Numbered from the stretch's first letter, positions 10,979 through 21,192 are shown. The stretch is 64,000 nt of DNA from Waterburya sp. (GCA_965217895.1 CBDCJV010000002.1:4640001-4704000); one strand, 5' to 3'. The notes: a model not told the origin generated them from the sequence alone. Numbers and translations are program-made.

Positions 10979-11590
10979 CTAACGATCGGCTACCGAACGC
11001 CAAATACCGACTAAAATCCCCTGAACATCAACATTATTAGCCTCTACTTTTATTGGTTCATATTTTTGATTAGCAGGTTTGAGGATCACTTTTTCCTGTT
11101 CTTGATAAAAATGTTTCAAAGTTGTACCGTATCCAGAAACTCTAGCAGCCACAATATCGCCGTTTTTAATTTCTGTTGAAGATGAAAGCGATCGCATAAT
11201 GGCATAGTCACCTTCATTAATCAAATCTTCGATCATACTATCTCCCACCACACGCAATACGTAGCAATCTGATTGAGAAAATAGATCTGACAAATCTAAC
11301 CTGTTTTTTTCATCGTTAAAAGGTTCAACCAAACCCCCCGCAGCAATCTCACCCTCAATTGATAATCCCTTATCAGGTTGATGCAATATTCTTATAGTTC
11401 GAGCTTTGCCGTCAGTCCAATCGATGTAACCCTTGTTTCTTAATCTTTCTAAACGGCTTTGAACAGGAGCAGGCGATCGCAAATTCATCGCCTTCATCAT
11501 CTGCCTAATAGATGGCGCATATTGAGTAGATTTGATATATTCCACCAGCCAATCATAAAGTTCCTTTTGCGCGGGAGTAAGACTTTCCAT
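10979..11590 (-). CDS. lexA: LexA repressor
   Basis: N-terminal wHTH (APSIRQMM), Ala-Gly cleavage site (IAAG), catalytic Ser (GDSM) and Lys (TLKH). Confidence 0.96.
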   Translation of the reverse strand: MESLTPAQKELYDWLVEYIKSTQYAPSIRQMMKAMNLRSPAPVQSRLERLRNKGYIDWTDGKARTIRILHQPDKGLSIEGEIAAGGLVEPFNDEKNRLDLSDLFSQSDCYVLRVVGDSMIEDLINEGDYAIMRSLSSSTEIKNGDIVAARVSGYGTTLKHFYQEQEKVILKPANQKYEPIKVEANNVDVQGILVGIWRSVADR

Positions 11591-11661
11591 AACTTTTATC
11601 TAGAGTATGTTTGTGAGGACAAGCATTTGGCAATTACAGACAAAGCTTGATATGTCCATTC

Positions 11662-11675
11662 AGAACATAGGTACT
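11662..11675 (-). promoter_or_regulatory. Cyanobacterial LexA box upstream of lexA
   Basis: Minus strand AGTACCTATGTTCT matches RGTAC-NNN-DGTWCB. Confidence 0.75.
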
Positions 11676-11794
11676 AAATATTAGAAACTATTGACCCCAG
11701 AAAAGTCAAGTATGTTAGGCGATCGCAAATTCTGTGACGCAGAATTAGCTAGGTGGTTATCACAAGAACAAAAAGTATCTCAAAAAAAACTGTT

Positions 11795-12091
11795 CTAACT
11801 GTTACTAACTTCTTTAATGACAACAAAAGGTTGCACAATTAAAGCTGCAAATTCCTTTTCTAGGTGACTGTTCCACTCTGTTAACTGTTCGACAGTCGGC
11901 TTGGCAATTAATTGATTAGTAATCCAATTTTGAACTGAAGCGGTATTATCTTCGGCGATCGCTGCTGCCACTTCGGGTAGAGCTAATTTGTCTTGAATCA
12001 CAATTAGGGCATCTCTTTTAGCGTGAGGCTGCAAATCCTTCCAGGTGATCTCTGCAACGTCCTGGCTTAGTTTTTCTTGTAGATCGGACAT
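11795..12091 (-). CDS. DUF2288 family protein
   Basis: WKDLQPHAKRD...ALIVQPFV signature. Confidence 0.8.
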   Translation of the reverse strand: MSDLQEKLSQDVAEITWKDLQPHAKRDALIVIQDKLALPEVAAAIAEDNTASVQNWITNQLIAKPTVEQLTEWNSHLEKEFAALIVQPFVVIKEVSNS

Positions 12092-12191
12092 GGTAAATTA
12101 AATTTTGTTCAAGCTGAAATTATCTTAAAGCGATCTGGGGAAATTTAGCAAATCAATCATTAGCGATCGCTAGTGATTGATTTGGTGGATC

Positions 12192-12339
12192 TATAGCGTT
12201 TCTTGTATTAACGAGGTACACCTTAGTTCTGTCTGGGGACTGGAGATTGGGGATTGGGTACTAGTTTTTTCCTAATCCCCGATCCCTAATCCCTAAAAGC
12301 AATTCCCTTTTGTATCTCATTAGTTTGAGAACCGCTATA
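12192..12339. repeat. Short inverted-repeat element with internal STRR-like heptamers
   Basis: Imperfect terminal inverted repeats tatagcgtttct...gaggtaca / tgtatctc...agaaccgctata enclosing ggggact/ggggatt and cctaatc heptamers. Confidence 0.55.
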
Positions 12340-12346
12340 TAAAAAG

Positions 12347-13225
12347 TTATCTATCAAAAAAGCCTTTAAACCAACTTTGAATTTTGTTTTTAAATTTGGG
12401 TTCGGTCAAAATTCCCTGACTTGGGCTAAAGATAAATGCTAATAAGAAAAAAGCAAATATTACCATAACGATCGCAGCACCAGAAGGTAGATCGAAATAA
12501 TAGCTACAGTACATTCCTGTAATGCTAGAAGCTGCACCAATAATTGAGCCTAAAAACATCATTTGTGATACTTCTTTAACCAGTAGATAGGAGGTGATTG
12601 CAGGACCAACTAATAAAGACATCACCAGCAATACCCCTACGGTTTGCATACTGGCAACAATTGTAAGGGTGATAGCACAAATCAAGCCAAAATAAAGCAG
12701 ATTAACTGGTAAACCACAGGCTTTTGCCCCTAGAGGATCGAAGGTATAAAATTCTAATTCTTTATAAAATAGCTTGGTGAGTAACAGAATAATCCCTGTA
12801 ATAATCACTGTACGCCAGACATCAGTACTGGTAACGCCTAAGATATCTCCAAATAAAATTTCATCGAGATTAATTTGATCGGTTTTTAGAGAGGTAATTA
12901 AAATCACTCCTAATGCTAAAAAACTGGTTAGGGTTAACGCCATGGCTGCATCAACTTTAATCCGCGATCGCTTTTGGATACCCATGACCACTAAAGCACT
13001 TAATATTCCTGCTATAAATGCGCCAATGGCTAAATTTATTTCTAAGAAAAAGGCAATCGAAATTCCTGGCAGCACAGCATGGGAAATCACTTCGCTCATC
13101 ATGCCCATCTGCTGCAAAATCAAATAGCTACCCACCACCGCACCTATAATACCCAAGGATATGCCAATGGCGATCGCCTGACGCATAAATTCAAATTCTA
13201 GGGGTTCAACTAACCAAGTTAACAT
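12347..13225 (-). CDS. Zn/Mn ABC transporter permease (ZnuB/MntB-like)
   Basis: ISHAVLPG, LFGDILGV, multiple TM segments. Confidence 0.9.
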   Translation of the reverse strand: MLTWLVEPLEFEFMRQAIAIGISLGIIGAVVGSYLILQQMGMMSEVISHAVLPGISIAFFLEINLAIGAFIAGILSALVVMGIQKRSRIKVDAAMALTLTSFLALGVILITSLKTDQINLDEILFGDILGVTSTDVWRTVIITGIILLLTKLFYKELEFYTFDPLGAKACGLPVNLLYFGLICAITLTIVASMQTVGVLLVMSLLVGPAITSYLLVKEVSQMMFLGSIIGAASSITGMYCSYYFDLPSGAAIVMVIFAFFLLAFIFSPSQGILTEPKFKNKIQSWFKGFFDR

Positions 13226-13970
13226 TGGCAGGCTGCTGATTAATTGTTAGTGATTGATAGCTAGGCTTAAAATATCTGTCGTAAGCTTGATTGATATTGG
13301 CGTTGGTCAATACTTCGGCTCTTGTTCCAGATGCCACCAAAGTTTTATTTAATAGTAGTATTTGGTCGTAGTTTTTTAGAGTTTCGCCTAGATCGTGACT
13401 GATAACTAAAAGTGTTTTTTGTTGGGCTTTTAGTTCAGCAAAGATCTCAAAAATAATCGCTTCTGTCTGTCGATCTACATTGTTAAATGGTTCGTCCAAC
13501 AGAAATAAATCTGCCTCTTGAGCGATCGCTCTAGCTAAAAAAACCCGCTGCTGTTGTCCCCCTGAAAGTTCCCTAATCTGATGCTGGCGATACTGCCACA
13601 TTCCTACTCTTTTTAGAGCATTTCTAACTATCGATCTTGACTGACGACTGTGGTTGCGAAACCAGCCTGTAGAAACTATTCGCCCCATCATCACTACTTT
13701 CTCAACGGTTACGGGATAGTCCCAGTCAATTTGCGATCGCTGAGGTACATAAGCCACCCTGTGTAATTGTTTGCAGACAGGCTTACCTTTCCATTGGACG
13801 ACTCCCTCAGCTATAGGAACTAAACCTAATATAGCTTCGATCAGAGTGCTTTTTCCTGCTCCATTTGGACCTAATAAACCAGTTAGCTGTCCTGGCTGTA
13901 GCCGAAAGGAGACGTTTTCAACTGCCCAAGTGTGGCGATAATTTACGCTTAGGTTACGAATTTCTAACAT
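13206..13970 (-). CDS. Zn/Mn ABC transporter ATP-binding protein (ZnuC/MntA-like)
   Basis: GPNGAGKS, YVPQRSQIDWDYP, LSGGQQQRVFLARA, LLDEP. Confidence 0.92.
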   Translation of the reverse strand: MLEIRNLSVNYRHTWAVENVSFRLQPGQLTGLLGPNGAGKSTLIEAILGLVPIAEGVVQWKGKPVCKQLHRVAYVPQRSQIDWDYPVTVEKVVMMGRIVSTGWFRNHSRQSRSIVRNALKRVGMWQYRQHQIRELSGGQQQRVFLARAIAQEADLFLLDEPFNNVDRQTEAIIFEIFAELKAQQKTLLVISHDLGETLKNYDQILLLNKTLVASGTRAEVLTNANINQAYDRYFKPSYQSLTINQQPANVNLVS

Positions 13971-13983
13971 TAATGATCAATAA

Positions 13984-14029
13984 TGAGATTCATTATCATT
14001 CTACCTTAAAATAATTAGAATCATTATCA
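13984..14029. promoter_or_regulatory. Two Zur/Fur-like boxes in the divergent metal-ABC promoter
   Basis: TGAGATTCATTATCA (13984-13998) and TTAGAATCATTATCA (14015-14029), each two mismatches from TGATAATNATTATCA. Confidence 0.65.
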
Positions 14030-14144
14030 TTATTATGCTGCCGACGAATTAGCAAGGTTCAGATTTGTCAGTTTAAAGCTCTTAGCTATTAGCCACTAAA
14101 AGAAAAGCTCAAAATCGAAATGTTTTATTCAATCGATCGCCATT

Positions 14145-15125
14145 ATGTTTAAGAATACTAAAGTCAAAAATATTATTAATTTTGCTGTTTTAAGTATTGC
14201 AGCTAGCTTAGTCGGATGTAGTAACAACGCGGTACAAGCTCAGGCAAAGCCAAAAGTCGTAGCCTCCCATAATGTTATTTGCGATCTAGTCAAGACTATC
14301 GCCCAAGATACTGTTGATTTAACCTGTCTGATCCGTGGAGATCAAGATCCTCATACTTTCCGCCCTACCCCTTCCCAACGTAAGGCAATAGAAGAAGCAC
14401 AAATAATTCTCTATGGAGGTTATCAGTTAGAGCCTCAAGTAATTAAACTATTAAATGCCACAAAAACTCCTGCACCTAAGATAGCAGTATATGAACAGGC
14501 AGTTACTAAGCCAATTCTAGCTGAACATGATGAATACGGCGAGATAGAAGCGAAAAAGCCAAATATTGATAAAAAAGCAGATTTAGAACCAGATCCTCAT
14601 GTATGGAACAACGTAGAAAATACCGTGGCAATGGTTGAACTACTTAAGGGATTATTTCTCCAAGCAAATCCCGCAGCAGCCGATGTGTATCTAAAAAATA
14701 GCGTGGATCTCACTCAAAAACTTTGGCAGCTTGATGCTTGGATTAAAGATCAGGTTGCTACTATACCTGAAGGTCAGAAAGTTCTGGTAACAACTCACGA
14801 TTCTTTTAACTACTATGTGAAGGAATATCGTTTTGATGATTATGAAACCTTAGAAGGATTGAGTACGGATGCCGCTCCTACTGCTTCCCAAGTGCGAGAA
14901 TTAGTAACACAAATAAAAAAAACAGGCACACCCACTATTTTTGCTGAATTAACAGCCAATAATCGCGTCATCGATAATGTTGCCCGTGCTGCAAATGTCA
15001 AGCTATCAAAGGAAGAATTATATGCCGATGGTTTGGGAGGCAGCAAGAATTATACTGAAATGATGTCCCATAACACCTGTGCGATCGTCAATGGTTTAGG
15101 CGGTAAATGTCAGCCTTTTAAGTAA
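14145..15125 (+). CDS. Zn/Mn ABC transporter substrate-binding lipoprotein (ZnuA/MntC-like)
   Basis: Lipobox LVGC; DPH, DPHVW, THDSF, ADGL motifs. Confidence 0.92.
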   Translation: MFKNTKVKNIINFAVLSIAASLVGCSNNAVQAQAKPKVVASHNVICDLVKTIAQDTVDLTCLIRGDQDPHTFRPTPSQRKAIEEAQIILYGGYQLEPQVIKLLNATKTPAPKIAVYEQAVTKPILAEHDEYGEIEAKKPNIDKKADLEPDPHVWNNVENTVAMVELLKGLFLQANPAAADVYLKNSVDLTQKLWQLDAWIKDQVATIPEGQKVLVTTHDSFNYYVKEYRFDDYETLEGLSTDAAPTASQVRELVTQIKKTGTPTIFAELTANNRVIDNVARAANVKLSKEELYADGLGGSKNYTEMMSHNTCAIVNGLGGKCQPFK

Positions 15126-15201
15126 CTGATGTTACGCACTAATTAATCTATGAAACCTAGGTAGTGGGTAGTAAGTAGTGGGTAGTGGGTAGCAACCTCT
15201 T

Positions 15202-17109
15202 CTATCCAAAGACAAAAGACAATAAGCCCATAAACAAAAAAGAAAATAAAGTTCTTAATAAAATTAGAAGTAGTGCCGTGACGGCTACAAATGGGTAGCC
15301 ACAATTCCAATCTATAGTAAATCCTTTAACACAACCACTCGTGATGCCTAAAGCTAAGCATTCCATAGGAACAAGAATCGACAAACCTATTGCTGGAAAA
15401 AAACTCAAAATAGATTTAGTCATCCCTAAAATAAATGATGCTTGATATAGAGTATCAAGAGAATCTACCCTAATTGCCATACCAGATATAGCTATAAGGT
15501 AAATTGCGATCGCCGTAAAAAATGTATCTATGCCAAAAATGCTCAAAAAACTGTAGGTGCGTACAGTCTTATTTAATGTATGTAAGGATTTTATTTTTTC
15601 TGTCGGTTCATAGACTACTGTTGGCCATTCAACGTCTATTTGATCCATCCCTAAGAATTTAATGTCATCTGGTTTAGATGTTTTTTTCACTCTGTAGAAG
15701 AAACAAGCAGTTCTTACTATGGGATTTCCCGCTTTCAGATTAGTTTGCTCTATATCGGCGACATAAAAACCTGGCAGTATTTCTTTTGTAGATGAAGATA
15801 ATGGAGCTATTTTGGATGATGCTGCTTCTTTAAAAGGAACTCCCGCTGCAATGTTGCCATAAAGCTCACAGTTCAGCAAACCTTTTCCCATCATAGATTC
15901 TGGTACTAAATTTTTCTCTTCTTTTAAAGGTTCAGGTAGATTATTAATTACAGCATTTAACGATTCTTCTCCTACAATTTTTCCAGCCAAAGAACAGTAA
16001 GCTTGATTTTCTGCTGCAATATTTTCACAGGCAACAGGCAGAGAAATTAGAGGCTTATGAAGATCGATAATTGCAAAAGATAAGGTGATAAATAGCCAAA
16101 TGATAGGCACAAGTAATTTTTTTTTAGATGAAGTACCTTTTTTTGACTTTATTTCTGAATCCCTATTTGCATTTTTACGTTTATTGCTACTACTAGAGGG
16201 CGATACTCGCTCATCTTGCTTTAGTATCTTATGAGAGTATTCTGTTGAAGAATGAATGTTTTTTTCTGTTTCTAATGTTTGTTTTTCAGCTTCTTCTATA
16301 GAAGCTTGAGTTATGAAAACTGATTCTATAGTTAAGAGAGTTTCTTCTAAATTAAAACAATACCGACTTAACCAAATTGCTGTTTTTCTTTGTTCTTCTG
16401 AGCTTAATTCCAGAACTTTATCCCACCATAATTTTACTTCTGAATTAAAATTGGCTGTGCTAGGATTACAAGCTTTCTGAAAATAATTATCTAAGATTGG
16501 TAATTGTTTGTCTTTGACAGAGCTTTCAAATTCATGAAAAGTTTTAATTAAATAAGCTACATTAAACTTAGGAGCAAGAAGTTCACTAGATAAAAGAGTT
16601 TTGTTACGAATAAAACAATATGACTTTAAATCTATTTCTGTCTCCGCTAAAGTTTTCTTTTCTTTTGAATTATCTTTAATATCGCTTGATATTTCACAAT
16701 CTTGAAGTGCTTGTGACTCATGAGCTAAATTAACGGCAGATATTTTTACTTCATTTTTATATTGGTTAGCAAAAGAATTCGATACTCCCAAGTCCGATTC
16801 GCTATCAATTGCTACGATTTCTAATTCTGTTTTATTTGTATTATCTTGCTCTAAATTAATAATTGTTTGCCAATCTGGTTCTATGTTTCCTGATATACGG
16901 CTATATAAATAAACTTCTTTTATCTTTAAATCATCTAAATTAGATATTGCTAACAGTATATTATTTTTTAGTTTTTCATAGTCTATATTATCTTCGGTTT
17001 CTCGATTTATATAGATATAAAGTTTGGTATTCTGGGTGATTATCTGAAAAACAATATTGTCATCTTGGCAATATTTTGTAATTGCGTTGAGTATTTGTTC
17101 TTCACTCAT
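15202..17109 (-). CDS. Hypothetical membrane protein
   Basis: 635-aa AT-rich ORF with a central TM helix and C-terminal TM bundle; no family recognised. Confidence 0.75.
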   Translation of the reverse strand: MSEEQILNAITKYCQDDNIVFQIITQNTKLYIYINRETEDNIDYEKLKNNILLAISNLDDLKIKEVYLYSRISGNIEPDWQTIINLEQDNTNKTELEIVAIDSESDLGVSNSFANQYKNEVKISAVNLAHESQALQDCEISSDIKDNSKEKKTLAETEIDLKSYCFIRNKTLLSSELLAPKFNVAYLIKTFHEFESSVKDKQLPILDNYFQKACNPSTANFNSEVKLWWDKVLELSSEEQRKTAIWLSRYCFNLEETLLTIESVFITQASIEEAEKQTLETEKNIHSSTEYSHKILKQDERVSPSSSSNKRKNANRDSEIKSKKGTSSKKKLLVPIIWLFITLSFAIIDLHKPLISLPVACENIAAENQAYCSLAGKIVGEESLNAVINNLPEPLKEEKNLVPESMMGKGLLNCELYGNIAAGVPFKEAASSKIAPLSSSTKEILPGFYVADIEQTNLKAGNPIVRTACFFYRVKKTSKPDDIKFLGMDQIDVEWPTVVYEPTEKIKSLHTLNKTVRTYSFLSIFGIDTFFTAIAIYLIAISGMAIRVDSLDTLYQASFILGMTKSILSFFPAIGLSILVPMECLALGITSGCVKGFTIDWNCGYPFVAVTALLLILLRTLFSFLFMGLLSFVFG

Positions 17110-17347
17110 ATCTAACTAATAACAACAATAATTATATAATTCCCAAAATCTATAACCAATTAACATCAACCGAGTTTTTGTTTTTGCCTCAAAAAAACTT
17201 ATTGGCAATACAGAGTAAAATTTAAGCTTAGTATTGGTCTGAGATGAAAAAAAGCTATTCTCTTACAATTAGGTTCTGGTAATATATTTATGTATGACTC
17301 AAAAAAAGGCGATCGCTTTTTTATAACATTGCCCCTGCTGCTAATGT

Positions 17348-17542
17348 AAAACTATTAAAGGAAAAACTGTATGTTGATGGTTTGGAAGGCAGTCGAAGAA
17401 AAAGGAACTAGCTACAGTGAAGGTATCTATGCGTTTAGATGCGATCGCTTCTGCTGGCTTGGGAATCTTCCGTAGTAAAATATTAAGTGTCGTCTCTAGC
17501 AACGATGTCCGAGTTAATTGGAAAGAGATAATTTAAGCTAGT
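17348..17542 (+). pseudogene. Eroded duplicate of the S4-domain gene (upstream region joined to a 3' coding part)
   Basis: 17397-17542 reads KKKELATVKVSMRLDAIASAGLGIFRSKILSVVSSNDVRVNWKEII*AS versus KKKEMTTVEASMRLDAIASAGFGISRSKMASAISSNDVRVNWKEITQAS at about 18850-18995; 17363-17393 resembles 18249-18279. Confidence 0.85.
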
Positions 17543-17621
17543 ATAGCTTCGCTCTTTTTAGGAAGTAGGAAGTTAAATAAACTAAAAAATCATAGATCTA
17601 AACTAGCGGTATTTAAAATTT

Positions 17622-17750
17622 GGCGTTGGTGAATCAAAGTACGAAATATAAAAAGTTTAATTTGATGTACATCTTTAAGAAGCCTAGAGCTAAAAGCTAA
17701 AAGCTACGAACCGTATTATTATCAGTTTTATACCTAAAATCGCCAACGTC
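17622..17750. repeat. Short inverted-repeat (MITE/REP-like) element
   Basis: Ends ggcgttggtgaatcaaagtacgaaa and ttttatacctaaaatcgccaacgtc are imperfect inverted repeats; internal taaaagc heptamers. Confidence 0.5.
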
Positions 17751-18130
17751 TAAAATTTATATATGGGTATAGACACAGAGTATCGCTCTCCACTTCCAAA
17801 CTTGTCCCAAGTCCTCTCTACATTTAGACTTCTTTGCTTTTGTTCCGTAGAAATATTAAACTGACCTAATTGATCTAAATTGTTGTCTATAGATTTAGAT
17901 TCTGATGCGCTAGAAAAACCCCAGGGACTATCTCCTGCTTCTATACCATTGAGATAATCAGAATCATCACTAGAAACGGGGTCAGCAGCGGGTGTGTATT
18001 GTTTGGAATTGCTCTGAGCATTCGCCTGGACGCTATAAAACCCCGTTAATAAGAAGCTTAAGGCGATCGCCAAGCTACTAGGTATCACGCTACATTTATT
18101 TAAAAATCTTGTTTTATTAGCAATATTCAT
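17750..18130 (-). CDS. Hypothetical exported protein
   Basis: Signal-peptide-like N-terminus ending ANA. Confidence 0.65.
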   Translation of the reverse strand: MNIANKTRFLNKCSVIPSSLAIALSFLLTGFYSVQANAQSNSKQYTPAADPVSSDDSDYLNGIEAGDSPWGFSSASESKSIDNNLDQLGQFNISTEQKQRSLNVERTWDKFGSGERYSVSIPIYKF

Positions 18131-18333
18131 CAGAAAGTCTTAAGTTCTATATATTTAGAACTGTAGAAATTTCTGGGAACTACGACATCTCTACAAAGAC
18201 ATATTTTGCCATCTATCAAAAGTATTAAAGGCTCAATAAATTGCTGGAAAAATTGTATATCGATGGTTTAGAAGGCAGTTATAGTCATACAATTCTCGCT
18301 AAAATATAATATAAATCAGAGAATCATAACTAA

Positions 18334-19113
18334 ATGCTGCCAAAAGAAGACTTACTAAAGCGCGTCGAAAATAAAGAAGAAATTACTCGCGTTATAGATA
18401 AAGCTGACCAAGCAATAAACAACTGGGAAGTGGTCGTCACAGATTTTTTATCTCCGCCAGTGGTTGCCGAAGTTGAGGCTATTTTGCAAAATCTTACGGA
18501 AATCAAGGCTTTGCCCTGGGGAGGATATGCTCAAGCAGAAAGAAGGCGTATTGCTTTATCTCGCCCAGACATTCCCTTAGATGAATTACAGGTTGAATTA
18601 GCAGCATTAGATATTGCGGGAAATTTTCTATTTGACCCTGCTACCCACCGAGATTTTTTGGGTTCAATATTAGGTACAGGTATTGTCAGGGAAAAAGTAG
18701 GCGATATTCTAGTATTGGGAGAGAGAGGCGCGCAGGCTATCGTTGTCCCAGAAATGGTTGATTTTTTGACAGCTTCTTTGACTCAAGTACGCTCTGTAGC
18801 AGTTAAAACTCAGCAGATAGAATTTAGCGAATTAAAAATTCGTCCACCAAAGAAAAAGGAAATGACTACGGTAGAAGCATCCATGCGTTTAGATGCGATC
18901 GCCTCTGCTGGCTTTGGAATATCTCGTAGTAAAATGGCAAGTGCTATTTCTAGCAATGATGTTAGAGTTAATTGGAAAGAAATAACTCAAGCTAGTCACA
19001 ACGTTAAGGCAGGGGATTTGATTGCAGTCAGGGGGAAAGGAAGATTAGAGGTAGGAGATATTTCAGTTACCAAAAAACAACGCTACCGTGTTAATCTAGT
19101 CCGCTATAAGTAG
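18334..19113 (+). CDS. Photosystem II S4-domain protein (Sll1252/YlmH family)
   Basis: TDFLSPP, WGGYAQAER, HRDFLGSILG, SMRLDAIAS S4 domain, RGKGR. Confidence 0.92.
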   Translation: MLPKEDLLKRVENKEEITRVIDKADQAINNWEVVVTDFLSPPVVAEVEAILQNLTEIKALPWGGYAQAERRRIALSRPDIPLDELQVELAALDIAGNFLFDPATHRDFLGSILGTGIVREKVGDILVLGERGAQAIVVPEMVDFLTASLTQVRSVAVKTQQIEFSELKIRPPKKKEMTTVEASMRLDAIASAGFGISRSKMASAISSNDVRVNWKEITQASHNVKAGDLIAVRGKGRLEVGDISVTKKQRYRVNLVRYK

Positions 19114-19141
19114 CTAATAGCTAATAGCTATCAAAGAAGTT

Positions 19142-19804
19142 ATGATTACTCATATTATTTATGATATGGATGGATTACTGTTGGACACAGAATCTCTCCA
19201 CGAACGAGTAAATAAAGAAGTTGCCCAACGCTACGGTAAAATTTTTAATCGAGAGCTTAAAATGGCGATCGCTGGTAGACCGACTTTAGATTCTGCCAAA
19301 ATATTAGTCAAGACTCTTAGACTTCCTCTTACCCCCGAAGAGTATTTAGTTGAGCGCAATAAATTACTTTATCCTCTTTATCAGACAGCAGAGGCTTTAC
19401 CAGGTACACAAAAACTAACTCAACATTTATTTAAGCATAATATTCCCCAGGCGATCGCCTCTAGCTCTAGCCGTCATCACTTTGAGATGAAAACTATTAG
19501 GCATCAGCAGTGGTTAAAGCATTTTCAAATAACTACCCTGGGAGATGATGCAGAAATTGTCCAAGGAAAACCCGCACCAGATATCTTTCTGTTGGCAGCC
19601 AAAAGATTAAATGTTGCGCCCCAAAACTGCTTGGTGTTTGAAGATTCTTTAGCAGGAATGGAAGCTGCGATCGCTGCGGGGATGTCTGTAGTCGTAATTC
19701 CTGACTCAATATTTGATAAAAAGCTGTTTCAAAAGGCCAATCAAGTATTTAATTCCATGACAGAATTCAAGCCTGAAACATGGAGTTTACCAGGATTTAA
19801 ATAA
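19142..19804 (+). CDS. HAD-superfamily hydrolase (subfamily IA)
   Basis: DMDGLLLDTE, GKPAPDIF, VFEDS. Confidence 0.92.
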   Translation: MITHIIYDMDGLLLDTESLHERVNKEVAQRYGKIFNRELKMAIAGRPTLDSAKILVKTLRLPLTPEEYLVERNKLLYPLYQTAEALPGTQKLTQHLFKHNIPQAIASSSSRHHFEMKTIRHQQWLKHFQITTLGDDAEIVQGKPAPDIFLLAAKRLNVAPQNCLVFEDSLAGMEAAIAAGMSVVVIPDSIFDKKLFQKANQVFNSMTEFKPETWSLPGFK

Positions 19805-19810
19805 TTCCTG

Positions 19811-20080
19811 TTACGACGATCGCTCTTCGTCTTGACTATCTAATAATTCTTTTTTAGAAGTTTTCAACTGCTGCCATAGCTGTTTAATTTGCTTATAAGC
19901 CTCATCAGCAGATATTTTACCGTTGGTTTCCAATGCGCAAATATAAACCACTTTTTGAGCGAATTCTTGTAAATTGGCGTTAAATACTAAATTATTAGCA
20001 TTTTTGGGGGTGAGTTCACCCCGATAATTTACCTTGGGATACAAAAAGTTATTTTTACTATTGTCTGATTCTGGACTCAT
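19811..20080 (-). CDS. Conserved cyanobacterial small hypothetical protein
   Basis: FLYP..YRG..P.NLVFNANLQEFAQKV.YICALET.GK motif. Confidence 0.8.
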   Translation of the reverse strand: MSPESDNSKNNFLYPKVNYRGELTPKNANNLVFNANLQEFAQKVVYICALETNGKISADEAYKQIKQLWQQLKTSKKELLDSQDEERSS

Positions 20081-20564
20081 TTTCTATTTGCTATTCTGTG
20101 ATTCCCCTCTACTTAAAGAATTAAAGCATCAAGGTTAATAAAACAAAAATTAATGATTAATTTTAGATTAACTAAAGCAAATGTTATGTACCTGACTCTT
20201 TGTTCTGATGTCAAATGGTTTTTGGCTAGCATCTTCTAAACGCGATCGCTCGGTCTTTAGCTTTGTTATCATAGCCAATCTAAATGCTTAACAGTTTACT
20301 TACTTATTGTTTGATTAAATCTTCTGCTTATATTAGGCAATATATTCAGCAAAAATACTGAAAAAGCCAAGAACACATGGTGACTTAGGTAAGATTACGG
20401 TTGATTTAGACTCAAAAAAAAAGCCTAATATAAGTTATATCTCAAACAAATAATAGTAAATACAATAATATTCAAAGCAAAATTGCGAGAAAACTATTGT
20501 CTAAATTTTTATTAATAACTGAGATTAAAAACCATACCGCTAAGCAACTATTCTCATCTAGGAG

Positions 20565-20774
20565 TTGGCAATGAAAATTGAAAATGTAATAGGAATCGAT
20601 GGCTACACTTTGCTAATTTATCGTTCCGTAGATCATTTATATCGTTTCAGTATTATTGATTTTTCAGGAACAGCATTTAATTTTGATAGTATTTTCTTAA
20701 CTGCTGAAGAAGCTAACCTTAAAGGGCGTGCAGCCGTTAAAATGGCTTATGGTTTCGATCATAATCAACATTAA
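20565..20774 (+). CDS. Small hypothetical protein
   Basis: 69-aa ORF preceded by an AGGAG RBS (ATG at 20571 is an alternative start). Confidence 0.6.
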   Translation: MAMKIENVIGIDGYTLLIYRSVDHLYRFSIIDFSGTAFNFDSIFLTAEEANLKGRAAVKMAYGFDHNQH

Positions 20775-20825
20775 TATTAATAGTATTAATTTAAAATTAA
20801 GCAATTGCCAGTTGGCTATTTTTAC

Positions 20826-21024
20826 CGTCGTTCTGGGTTTAAAGTGCAAGTCCCTTCTAAGACAGCTTTTCGTATTTTGTAAGCTGTAAGCTCTCCAGCT
20901 AGCCTTCGGGTATAGCGAAGTTGGTTGATTAAATCACGCTAGGCAGGGACTTAAAGCTTAAAGCTTAAAGCCTATAGCTGGAGAGCCAGAATCACCAACC
21001 CGTTCACGGCGGTGAGTATGTCAA
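20826..21024 (+). mobile_element. Non-autonomous IS200/IS605-family element (both ends, no transposase)
   Basis: TTAC immediately left (20822-20825), AAAG (20841-20844) before a degenerate left hairpin; GAAT (20989-20992) before the right hairpin, ending TCAA (21021-21024). Confidence 0.7.
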
Positions 21025-21080
21025 ATTGATTTGGTCTATCTCTGCAAAAGCTAGGCATTAAAGGCTTTAAACAGTTATCA

Positions 21081-21180
21081 TGAATCTTTTAACGCTAATC
21101 TACATTGTAAATCAGCAGAGATTGCTACTGCACGTTGCGGGAAGTTGGAAATTATAGTTTATAGCGATCGCAAATTTAAC
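21081..21180 (+). pseudogene. Relic of the 5' end of the downstream Mg-chelatase H paralog
   Basis: ESFNANLHCKSAEIATARCGKLEIIV then a frameshifted SDR, versus ESFNANLYRQAASMATARCAELEVIIFSDR at 22264-22353; both end at a HIP1 site. Confidence 0.8.
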
Positions 21181-21192
21181 AATTATAAATTT

